Below are positions 1 through 10,799 of a DNA stretch of 64,000 bases, piece by piece. Origin of the DNA: Lytechinus pictus (lineage: Eukaryota). The stretch is taken from positions 25,854,001-25,918,000 of the forward strand of contig NC_087256.1 in assembly GCF_037042905.1 (NCBI RefSeq), read 5' to 3'. A program made the position numbers and the translations under genes. The notes beneath the pieces were generated by a model that made no database searches, was not told the DNA's origin, and saw only the letters and a program-made list of their open reading frames with translations. Within the stretch, counting starts at the first letter, position 1. Every line of letters starts with the position of its first letter.

Positions 1-7
1 GGAGTGA

Positions 8-578
8 CCCGGGGGGGGGGGGGGGGGGCACTTCTGTTCACGAGTGGATACCATGCGCGACCATGGGGTCTCGAAAAGTACCTTAAACACGTATTTTCCA
101 TATACTGAAAATGCACCCCTTAACAAGTATTGGCGTGTAAAACCCTTAACAAGTATTGGAAACAAAACGATTCTATTGGCAAGTATTCCCTGAATTGAAC
201 CCCTAAACAAGTGCAGCGATATTTATAGACGTCGATCAGTTTTACCTTTACCTACATCATCGGGTTTAGTTCATCCCCAGTGCACCCCCCACACCTCGCG
301 CAAATCGTACTCTAAACATGAAGTGTTGACTCTTGGGGCAAAAAGTACATCCTTTATAAAACATTTTAGTCTTAATTTTTTACACCCTCGCAAATTTGAC
401 CCTAAAGACGTAGCTTTCCTAGCGAAAATAGATACCCTTTTTTCATTATCTTAGTGTTTTTTACACCCTTATTACGTTACGTACGTATAATGTTCCCATC
501 TTGAAAAAGACATCCTTTTTACGTGTTTTTTTGGTCGCGCATGGTATCCACTCACCAACGTAAGTGGCCCCCCCGTGG
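8..578. mobile_element. Non-autonomous DNA transposon with CCCGGG termini (EnSpm/CMC-like)
   Basis: TIR CCCG(G)n-CACTT..GAGTGGATACCATGCGCGACCA / TGGTCGCGCATGGTATCCACTC..AAGTGGCCCCCCCG; possible 2-bp TSD GA. Superfamily is inferred. Confidence 0.7.
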
Positions 579-818
579 GAAATAAAAAAAGGTAACAATA
601 TTTGCCGATGTTTTGCCAATATTTTCATTCATAGAGACCTTTAATACCTTCAAGAAAACTATAGGTCTAGGCCTACTGAGTCATTTTAAGTCGCTCTTTC
701 TGTTTGTGATATCAGTTTTTCAAAATATTAATTAGGTATTGAGGTATTCGTCATCGCGCAAAATTAGGTAACGCGCGAATTAGTTCACACTACCATGGAT
801 CTAACTTTTGACTTTTAA

Positions 819-1886
819 AGGACAAGTCCACCCCAACAAAAAGTTGATTTGAATAAAAAGAGAAAAATCCAACAAGCATAACACTGAAAATTTCACCAAA
901 ATCGGATGTAAAATAAGAAAGTTATGACATTTTAAAGTTTCGCTTAATTTCACAAAACAGTTATATGCACATCCTTGCTGGTATGCAAATGAGGAGACTA
1001 TGACGTCATCCACTCACTATTTCTTTTGTATTTATTATGTCAAATATGAAATATTCTAATTTTCTCCTCATTGGCAAGTGATACAACAATTAATTCCTCC
1101 CTGAACATATGTGGCATTAGCATTGTTTAATACTAGTATATGTTTCAGTCAAGTTGCTCCTTCTTGTCAAATCTATAAAAAATGAAATATTGTATAATTC
1201 AAACAATAAAAAACAAAATAGTGAGTGATATGGACATCATCGACTGACCTAGACAGCTGGCAGCCGTCTGTTTCGAGGATTTTTTAAACATTTTTTAAAT
1301 TTTTTATTCTCCTCGTACACAGACGGCTCGCTAGCGTGCAGCCACCATTAGGGGACTTGCAATGCGAAATCCCCCCGTCGGGGCTCTTCAATTTTTGTCT
1401 TTAATGAATAAAAATTTTGAAAATTAACGCGACCAAAATGCAAATTAATATTCCCTCTTGGCATTAATTGCCCAAAAACGGAGAAAATCAAGTTAAAAGG
1501 AACAAAAACAGTGACTTACCTCGGCTGTCGCGCAAATTCACTTCCCCGTTTTATCCGACCTTAAGTACATAAACATATGGCCATTGAGTCCCCTGTACAG
1601 ATCGCGCTAGAACTTCGGTCTCTGTATTTGGTGAGTGAAGCCAACGGAGTTCAGCTGAACAACCAACATAACAGAGACTGAAGCTTTTGGTCTACGACTG
1701 ACCCACCTAATTGTGCATATCACTGTTTTGTGAAAAATAAGCGAAAATTTAAAATATGTCATAACTTTTTTATTTTACATCCGATTTTGATGAAATTTTC
1801 AGCACTGTGCTACCGGTAGTTTGATTTTTCTCTAGGCCTATCTAGTATCTATTCAAGTCAGCATTTTCCTGGGGTGGACTTGACCT
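819..1886 (+). mobile_element. Kolobok/T2-like MITE family A, copy 1 (interrupted by a 445-bp element)
   Basis: TTAA|AGGACAAGTCCACCCCA...GGGGTGGACTTGACCT|TTAA; colinear with the copies at 6961, 11291 and 37938. Confidence 0.9.
1250..1694 (+). mobile_element. Family B non-autonomous element with 9-bp TSD (Mutator-like?), copy 1
   Basis: TSD CGACTGACC at 1241-1249 and 1695-1703; termini TAGAC...GTCTA. The site is empty in the other family A copies. Confidence 0.9.
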
Positions 1887-2869
1887 TTAAACTTTAGTTT
1901 AGTCTTTAGATTAACTTACGGTACCTGGTACTCACATTTCGTCCGGAGTCCAGAGAAATTAATCTTGCATTCATAAAACTCTAGGCCTATTCCAACATGA
2001 ATTTCTGAGCAGGGCCATTTCTGATGAAGAACGCCTGTAACTGCAGGAACAAATGCATTTTCTAGTAGAGGCTCCTTACTGATGATCGATGATCCATATG
2101 CTGCGCCTGATGCTGCGTTCCGTGTTTTAATTCGACGGGTCTGAGAGGTCGGAGCTTCCCGAGTCTGCATCAACAGACCATTGGGTTTTGGCATACTCGT
2201 GATATAGGCCCCGCTCGAGAAAAAAATTGTAATCGATCATACCTCAATATCTAGGTTGCTAACTTCAGCTCACTATATATACTCGTGATATAGGCCCCGC
2301 TGCTGTGTTGAATGGCTCAGAATGTCCGTTCGCGGGGCCTGTTTCACGAGTATAATACTATAATCGTTATATAGGCCCCGCACTACGGCACTTCAGGCAC
2401 TCCAAGAGAGAGAGAGTTTGGAGTCTAGCCTTTACTCGAGACATGATTAAATTGATATAATTGTTTTGAGTGTCGAACTTGAGTATGTGCATGTAGACTA
2501 GGGTTTCCACGCCCTGTTAGTCGCGCAATGAATGCTGGGGAAATTGGGGAAACCCCAACGAGGTGGGAAAAACCATGGACCTATAATTTAGGTCCATGGG
2601 AAAACCAACGTGGAGCTGGAGCTATTTGACGAGGCCCTGTCGGCTGCTTTCCTAGCGAACATGGCTAAGCAAGGGAGAGAGCGTACATAAGAGAATCTAT
2701 ATAGCCTACTACTTCAGACATTATGTATTATGCAAAAAGGTCTGTATAATTTATACAGAATAGCAAGCGAGAGAGAAAAAAAAAAAAAACAATGAAATGC
2801 TGGGCCGGGGATTCCCCGCGGTACCCGCGGAGCCGCTAGCTGTTCTAACTTCTAGAGTTACACTCAATT

Positions 2870-3196
2870 GGCCCGTATTCTGAAGTCGGGTTTAACTTAA
2901 ACTCATGTTTAAAGTTGTGGTTTAAGTATGGACAGTCAATTGTTACATAAATCACTAACAGAAGGGATATAATATTTCAGCTCATGTGGCTCTCAAATCA
3001 TTCATAATTGTCTAGGAAGTATATATAGATTATTGTCTTCACCATCGATGAATCCGAGGAAAGAGCACAGCAAACATAAGAAACGTACAACTTAATAAAA
3101 AAAATTGATACTTTTGGCCCGGACTTTTGGCTGTCCATACTTAAACCACAACTTTAAACCTGAGTTTAACTTAAACCTGACTTCAGAATACGGGCC
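2870..3196. mobile_element. Harbinger-like MITE (GGCCCGTATTCTGAAGTC TIR), copy 1
   Basis: ~70-bp terminal inverted repeats; second copy at 61287-61589. Confidence 0.85.
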
Positions 3197-3239
3197 AATG
3201 GCGCTGGCATATATTAGGCTGCATGCAGGTGCACTATAC

Positions 3240-4125
3240 AGTGCGTATCAAAAAAAGTTTACACTTAGAAAAAATCCTGTAAAATTATAAATTGGTAATA
3301 TCCTGGTGATTTTTCTTCATTTTAACATTGGTAGAGATCCATATAAGCAAATGACGATATAACTGTCGAAAAATATTTCCGCTTGAGTGAGCACCACTTA
3401 CTTTTGAAAAGTTAGTGAAAAATGATTTGCGCAGAACTTTGAAATAGTTATGCGAATAAAAGTAGACCTTAATCTTGAAGAACATGTGCAATTTAGCTAG
3501 TAAAATTGATTTAAAGATATCTTGTACCTTTTTAACTTGTTTCCTTGCTCAAAACACTTCGAAGAGTGAATTGCGCTCCACCCCGCTCCCCCACACACCG
3601 AGGCCATCGTGACGATATTTGCTTCACACTGAGCTGTGATTTACATGAAATGGCTTAGGCTTGATTTTCACGCTGTGTCAAGGGGGAAGGGCGAAATCAA
3701 ACTTACCCTGTGAAACATTTCTCATACATTTCCCTTGCACTTTAAGTCAATTGAAATAAAACGGATACATTCAAGCATTTTGTAACAAGTTTGCCACCCA
3801 AATTGAAATTTCAACACTTAGTAAGCACAACCTTTACCTTTTTGTGCTAGCTGGATCTGAGGACATAAGTGAATCTGAACATAAGTTTACATGAGACTTC
3901 TCCAGCATTTTTTCACTAAGTTTTTATCATTTAAAGTGGGTTTACATTTCATTTTTCATTTAATACTCATTTGTCCACACTTTTCCCAAGCTCGACAATG
4001 ATTAACAAAATGAAAATCAAGCTTAAGCCATTTCATGTAAATCACAGCTCAGTGTAAAGCAAATATCGTCACGATGGCCTTGGTGTATGGGGGAGTGGTT
4101 GTGGTGCGCAATGCACTCTTTTGAA
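3240..4125 (+). mobile_element. Tc1/mariner-like foldback element, right end truncated
   Basis: Starts TA|CAGTGCGTATCAAAAAAAG; ~3590-3670 is an inverted repeat of ~4010-4092. Confidence 0.65.
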
Positions 4126-4447
4126 TCCCTCTACTTTTTTTTTGCTTTCCTTGGAAAAATGTGCCCCCCTTTTTGAAAATCCTGGATCCGCCCCTGCTAC
4201 AACGATTCTCTCTACCATTATTAGTACGACTCACCCAACCTATACTGTGACTCTCTCTCTACAAGAAATATTATAGCTACAACTCTCCACACCTACTATA
4301 TATGCTACAACTATATACTCTCCCTACCATGCCTACCATGCACTATTATACTACGACTCTCTACCACTATACTATGACTCTCTCTATCTACTATACAGCT
4401 ACGACTGTCCTCCACTCTTATAGTATATACCATGAGTTTCTATATAC

Positions 4448-6569
4448 CATAGGCGGATCCAGGGGGGCCGAGGGGCCCCGCCCCCCCCCCCTATTGGCGG
4501 AGCAAAAGAGAAAAAAAAAGCAGAGAAAGACGAGTGAATAAAATAAGATGGGGGGAAGACTTGGAAAATGAGAATCTTTCATGTCACTAAAAAATTTCGC
4601 TCGCGCTTCGCGCTCGCATTGCCTAGCTGTTAGGTGATTTTCTATTCTTGTTCAATAAGTAGTTTAAATATCAAGTTTAGAAGTCAATATACAAAAAATA
4701 TTTCACCTCGGAAATCGAACTTTCATTATTTTGTGTGCTTTACAAATTGATTTTTTAAAAGTGCTCTGTAAAAATGTCAGTTTTAACTTTTATGGTCTGA
4801 CTATTAACATTTTCTGCTCGCGCTGCGCGCTCGCAAATTTTTATTTATCAGGTACCTATTACTTTCGTGTATTCAATAAAGTTTTAAGAACATCCCTTTT
4901 CAGGTCTGGTTGTAAAAACGTATCAACTAGCGCTGCACGCTCGCATTTTGATTGGCGATTAATGTGTCTCAATATTGATTATACAGCAAACTACTTAAAA
5001 TACCCTTTTCATGACAGTTTATAAAAAAAAATTGGCTCGCAATTTGCGCTCGCATTAATGGTTAAAATATATTAACTGATGCATCCTATTTTTAATTACA
5101 AAAGTGCTTGAAATGTCAAGTTTTCAGGTCATAATATCAGATTTCGCGCCCTCATTGAGCATATTAATAAGATGTTAATTTAATAATTAATTGTCCCTTT
5201 GTTTCATCTCGCGCTTAGCAAGAGAAATAGGAAGATAGTCATAATTTTCATATGATGACATGGACTAAGGATGTCCCTGTCCTATGTCAAAACTCAAAGT
5301 AATAATAATGAGAAATATCAGCTCTTTATATTAAATGCGATCCATATCCCCCTCACAAATTTCCCACAAAGTGCTAGAAATATAGAGCTGAAATTGACAC
5401 TTTTTTAGATCGGAATATCAAATAGCTTAAGCTCGCGCTTCGCCCTCGCTTTGATTTTCATGATAAAAGATGTATTTATAATGCCTAGATTCTTGGTCTA
5501 AATATTAAACACGCGCGCATGTTTCTCCAGATACCCAACTTGTTCTCTATTTAAATTATTATCCAGTTTCAGATCACTGTATCAAAAATTTTCTGCTCGC
5601 GTTTTGTGCTCGCATTATTAATGTAGGAATCTCCCCTATTACTCATTCGTTTCATGATTTACAAAACACGAATAGTGTCCCGTTGTTAGGTCTAAATCTC
5701 CATTTTTTTCCTATCGCGCTTCGCGCTCGCATCAATTGATAAGTTATATAGCTATCCTGTTCACGATTACAAAAATTTATTAAAATTTTCCATTCTTTAT
5801 GTAGAAATGTCTTTTTTTTCAGCTCGCGCTTTGCGCTAGCATTATTTGATTGTTGAAATATAACGTCTTCATGGCTTTGTGCAAGTAGTCCTTAACAGGT
5901 ACCTTTTCGATCAGTTCAAAACGTATATAAAAATTTTCTGCTCGCGCTTTGCGCTCACATCATTAATGTAAGAAAGATACCCAATTACTCATCCTTTTCA
6001 TGATTTACAAAACATGAATAGAGAGTCTCGTTCAGGTCTAATTCTTGAAATTTTCCGCTCGCGCTTGCATCGATGTTTAGTTATATACCTATTCTGTTTA
6101 ACTTGCAAAAAGTGCTTAGAATTTCCATTCTTCAGGTAAAAAATGTCGAAAGATTTCAGCTCGCACTTCGCATCATTTGATTTTTAAAATATGTAACATC
6201 TTCATGGCTAACTGCATGCAGTCTTTAACAGGTACCTTTTCCATCAGATCATTTCTGCTTCACATTTGTAGTAATTATTTATTGCATACACATCTTTTTC
6301 AGGATAACAAGCATTGCCCAGAATGTTCAAATTTTAGGTAAAAATGCATGATTAACAAAAAAATTAGCTCGCGCTTCGCGCTCACATTAAATAAATAAGG
6401 ATTATGATATTATATATTTATGTTGATTTACAAGTCAGAATAAAGATAAGAAGTGACTATTAGGACTACCCCTTCAAAGAAACCAAAAATCATCTTCGAG
6501 CGGCCGGGGAGAATATGGCTAAAAAAATTCCGGGTCCCCCCCTATTGGCGAAGGCTGGATCCGCCCCTG
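4448..6569. mobile_element. 2.1-kb hAT-like non-autonomous element with an internal periodic repeat array
   Basis: TIR CATAGGCGGATCCAG / CTGGATCCGCCCCTG; about 14-15 copies of a GCTCGCGCTTCGCGCTCGCA-like motif. It splits a low-complexity CTACTATA-type tract (4200-4447 and 6570-6680). Confidence 0.8.
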
Positions 6570-6960
6570 TACCGGTATACTACAATGACTTTCTCCACCA
6601 CTTCTATATATACTACGATTCTCTCCACTGCTACTCTATCTGTACACCACTACTATACTAAAACGACTCTTTCTGCGCAAACCCTTCACTTAATTGAGTC
6701 CAGGGTCTGAATGTGCAGCCTACTCATGCCTTGTGTCATGAAGGCCCACAGCAAGTTCTGTATGTGCTAGTCTTTGCATGGAGACACGGTTGTTGATCAA
6801 AGTTTCAATCAAGGTATGTGCCTGCAGACTAAGCATAGATGGATCCAGATCCTTCTTTTCCCTGTTTTTCTCCTTTTTTGTGCAGCCAATACGGGATGTG
6901 GGGATCGAGCGTGGCCGCTTCGGCCAGATATGACTAAGAGGACCCACACGCTAGGTTTAA

Positions 6961-7550
6961 AGGACAAGACCACCCCAACAAAAAGTTGATTTGAATAAAA
7001 AGAGAAAAATCCAATTAGCATAACGCTGAAAATTTCATCAAAATCGATGTTAAACAAGAAAGATATGACATTTATAAGTTTTGCTTAATTTCCCAAAACA
7101 GTTATATGCACATCCTGGTGGGTATGCAAATGAGGAGACTGATGACGTCATCCACTCACTATTTCTTTTATATTTTTTTATATGAAATAGGGAATATTCT
7201 ATTTTTCTCCTCATTGTCAAGTGAAACAACGATTAATTCCTCCCTGAACATGTGGAATGAGCATTGTTTTATACTATATGATTTAATCAAGCTGGTCCTT
7301 ATTGTCAAATCTATAAAAAATGAAATATATAATTCAAACAAAAAAAAACAAAAGAAATAGTGAGTGAGGGACATCACTGACTGTCTCATTTGAGTTGTGC
7401 ATATCACTGTTTTGTGAAAAATAAGCAAAACTTTAAAATGTCATAACTTTCTTATTTTACATCCGATTTCGATGAAATTTTCAGTGTTTTGCTAGCTTGA
7501 TTTTTCTCTATTTATTAAAATCAACATTTTTCTGGGGTGGGCTTGACCTT
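6961..7550 (+). mobile_element. Kolobok/T2-like MITE family A, copy 2
   Basis: TTAA-flanked, same termini and body as copy 1, without the insertion. Confidence 0.9.
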
Positions 7551-8452
7551 TTAAGGAAAGCAGCTCTAATTGCGGGCTCCCTCCCACTCATTTTCACTCT
7601 TCTTACTTTGTTCTTTTCTTTTTTTTTAATGAATTTCTGAAAAGCCATTACAATTTTTGTCCTATTTCTTTCAAAATTTCACTATTCTTTTTTTTTTCTC
7701 CTGCAAAAATCATTAATTATTACCAAAGTTTGATTCTCTTTTAATCATACCCTAATTATACATACTATAAAATAACATGTTAACAAAAAAAAATAATAGA
7801 AACAGGTTTTGCGGTATTATATTTCACAAATATATTTGCTGCTTGCTCACAATGAAGTGCCATCAAGACACTAACAAATGAAAATATAAAAAACTCATTC
7901 AAATGAATAGTTTCAAGTGGCAATGATATACATATCATGAAAATTACAAAAATATATATTTACCTATGATAAAAAAATAAATCACTAGAAATTGGGAAAC
8001 GTCTTGAAGTCAATTCAACACATTTCCTTAATTACAAATAATACGGAATGATCCATACAAATTAAACAACTTAACAAGACATCTGGATACATGTAGCTGC
8101 ATTTTTTTTTTTAGCCTTAATTTATGATAACCAGGGGCCGCGGAATGGTTTTGAAAAGGGATGACTATATTGATAAAAGTTTGTGGGGGGGGGGGTTCCA
8201 AGGCCCCCGATTTATTCCTTCCTCGAACTTGTTTACACAAGATATGTAACTTGGTTAATACAATAATCAAGGGTGAAAACTGGGTATCAAAGGTATATAA
8301 AACCATTTGCATTATTTGAAAATCAGCTTGAAGCTTGTAGGCAGTCAATAGTATACAGTACTGTCCCAACATCTAGAATATCGGAGCTTTGCAACATGCA
8401 AGTGAGAATGAAAAACGGTCCTGATTTTATGTCTACAGTCAAAACAATTTAA

Positions 8453-9589
8453 AGGGAAGTTCACCATTCATTCTTCTCCTGAAGAAAAGTTTGTTGTAAA
8501 AATACAAGCAAAAGTGGTAAAACTGTTGAAGGTTTGAGGAAGATCCATTAAAGATTGAGAAAGTTATTTGAACTTAATTTTCTTTTTATTTGTGACATCA
8601 TACAACTGCCCCATCAACATAAAATGCATAGATTTTAATCTGTTTAATGGTTTATGATGACTAGCAATATTATTAATAATAATAATAATAATAGTGTATA
8701 TTTGTAGAGCGCGCACACCGTCAGTAGACGCTCATGGCGCTAGCCGAGCAACAGTTCTCTTTTACAATGGAAAAAATGAGATTTTTTAGAAATTTATATA
8801 AATACTACACAAGAACCATGAACAAGTACAATGTAAGAATAATAATTTCAGGAACTGGTGTGATATGTTTTGTATGTCGATATACTGAAGGTACCTTAGA
8901 TAAGAAACATTTTCAAATGTTGAGATGACATTTTCATTGATTTTTTTTTTACTACAAGACATATGAGGAAGCAGCTCGCAGATGATGTCACAAATCATAA
9001 AAAAATAGTGTAACATTTGCACGAAATAATGTCTAATACATTCCACACGTACACCACTGGTTATCAAAGAGTATTATAGAATGAACCTGCCCCCCCCCCC
9101 CGACACTTCTGAAGCGACTGTGCCCATCCAGCTTTCAGCAGCTATGCACACGTGCTCACTTAATTGTGACTGTAAGGGGAAGTCACCCTGATAAAAAGTT
9201 TATTGTAAAAAAAGTAGAAAAAATATAAAATATTCATGAAGGTTTGAGGAAAACCCATCAGAGAATTAAAAAAGTTATTAAGAATTTTATCTTTATGATT
9301 TATGACGTCATATGCGAGCAGCTTTCCCACATATCGTACGGTACAATATCAATACATAGTTTTCTCAGTAAACTGGTATTGTGCCTTTAGTATATCATTA
9401 GAAAAATGATTTCATTCCCGCTCCTGAAAAAAAAAGAGTCATCACGAACCATTACAAACGTGAAATTCATGCATTTTATAGTACATAACATATCGGACAG
9501 CAAAAATCTTTCAATTCTAATAACTTTCTTTATCTTTATATCTTAATTTATATTTACAACAAACTTTTTCATCAGGTTGAATTTCCCCT
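8453..9589 (+). mobile_element. Two degenerate Kolobok-like MITE copies
   Basis: TTAA|AGGGAAGTTCACC at 8453 and a related start at ~9175 share GAAGGTTTGAGGAA..CCAT; a right end GGTTGAATTTCCCCT lies at ~9589. Confidence 0.5.
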
Positions 9590-10799
9590 TTCAGCTTTGC
9601 CGGCTTAAGCTACAGCTCTGTTAAAAGCTGCATGTGGAATGCCAATTGAGATAACTTATTTGCATGCAAATTGTGTGGCGAAAAAAAAAAAAAATTATGC
9701 CATATTCTCTCCAAAATATTTTTTCTTTCTTTTTCCTCTTTTCGTCTTTTTTTTTTTTTTTTTTGGGGGGGGGGGGGGGGTTGGGCCAGAAATGCCACCC
9801 AGCCCCACCCCTCTTTTGCCACCCCTGGTGAGAGTCTCTCTATCTTTCCATGAGTTTTATTGCAAAGGATTTGCATCAAGCCTAAAGTAATATTTCCATC
9901 TACAGTTCACTACTACATGTACTGTCGACTGTTAAGTTCAGAGTAAAGAGAATAACTCACAATGGTAAAACAAAAATTGATAAGTATAGAATTGATAAGT
10001 TATTTCTGATATAGATAGCAACAGAATGATTCTAGTGTGACATTTATGAGGTTCTATAGATGGCATGAAATACATCATTTTTTTACTGGCCACAGTTTCA
10101 TATAGTGTCATTACCCGTTGTGGCATATGCCAAAGATACCCAGGACTAGATGGCATATGTACAATCTACCAAACCAGATGGTTTTTTTAATATCCACTAT
10201 TTCTACTTATAATCATTATTATTCTAGGGGCAAGTTATGACATCACATTTTACCAAGTTGGCAGACATAGGCTCATTCTTAAAACTTATAAAAGAGAAAA
10301 TTTGGTAATATACATATATGCTATATTATCTGCAGTTTAATAGTTCTTAATAGTTACCTAATATGTTGACAGTCCTGCCCATCATGACACCATATTTTTC
10401 AAACAATGCAGTTTCTTGATATGATTTCTTTCATCCTTTTCATCCAATTCCAATAATTTCAACTTTTGCTTCTTCAAATTTGATTTTCTCTTTCATTCGA
10501 AATAAACATATTTCGGGGTTAGAACTCCCTTATAAGGAATAGACCACAAACCACTTTTAAAAACACTAATATTGATACTCACATGTAAGAAAAAAGAACG
10601 TTTTACATTAGTACTGGCAGCTGGGTATCAATACCACATATTTCTCATATGCAATGCGTAATGATGAGTGCAAGAATACATCATACACAAAAAACACTGC
10701 GCAAAGACAGACTTTCACAACTGACATACATGTTCACATGGACGTATAAATATCGATTTCATCTACCTAAATATAAATATCAATAGGACTGTCCGGAAT

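Noticed and set aside
801-1013. Recurrent [29 protein letters not shown] (also at 11751 and 37920)
   Set aside because: Chance reading frame of the family A MITE terminus; not a transposase.
4599-6386. CRISPR-like repeat-spacer appearance
   Set aside because: Eukaryotic context, degenerate repeats, ~100-bp spacers that are homologous to each other, no cas genes, and the array is enclosed by transposon TIRs.
4440-6581. TSD of the 2.1-kb hAT-like element
   Set aside because: No 8-bp duplication is visible. A 5-bp TATAC match appears only after deleting a CCGGTA insertion, which is too speculative to call.
6690-6955. Possible structured ncRNA (hairpin TGGCCG-CTT-CGGCCA)
   Set aside because: Only a 6-bp stem and no recognisable RNA family motif.
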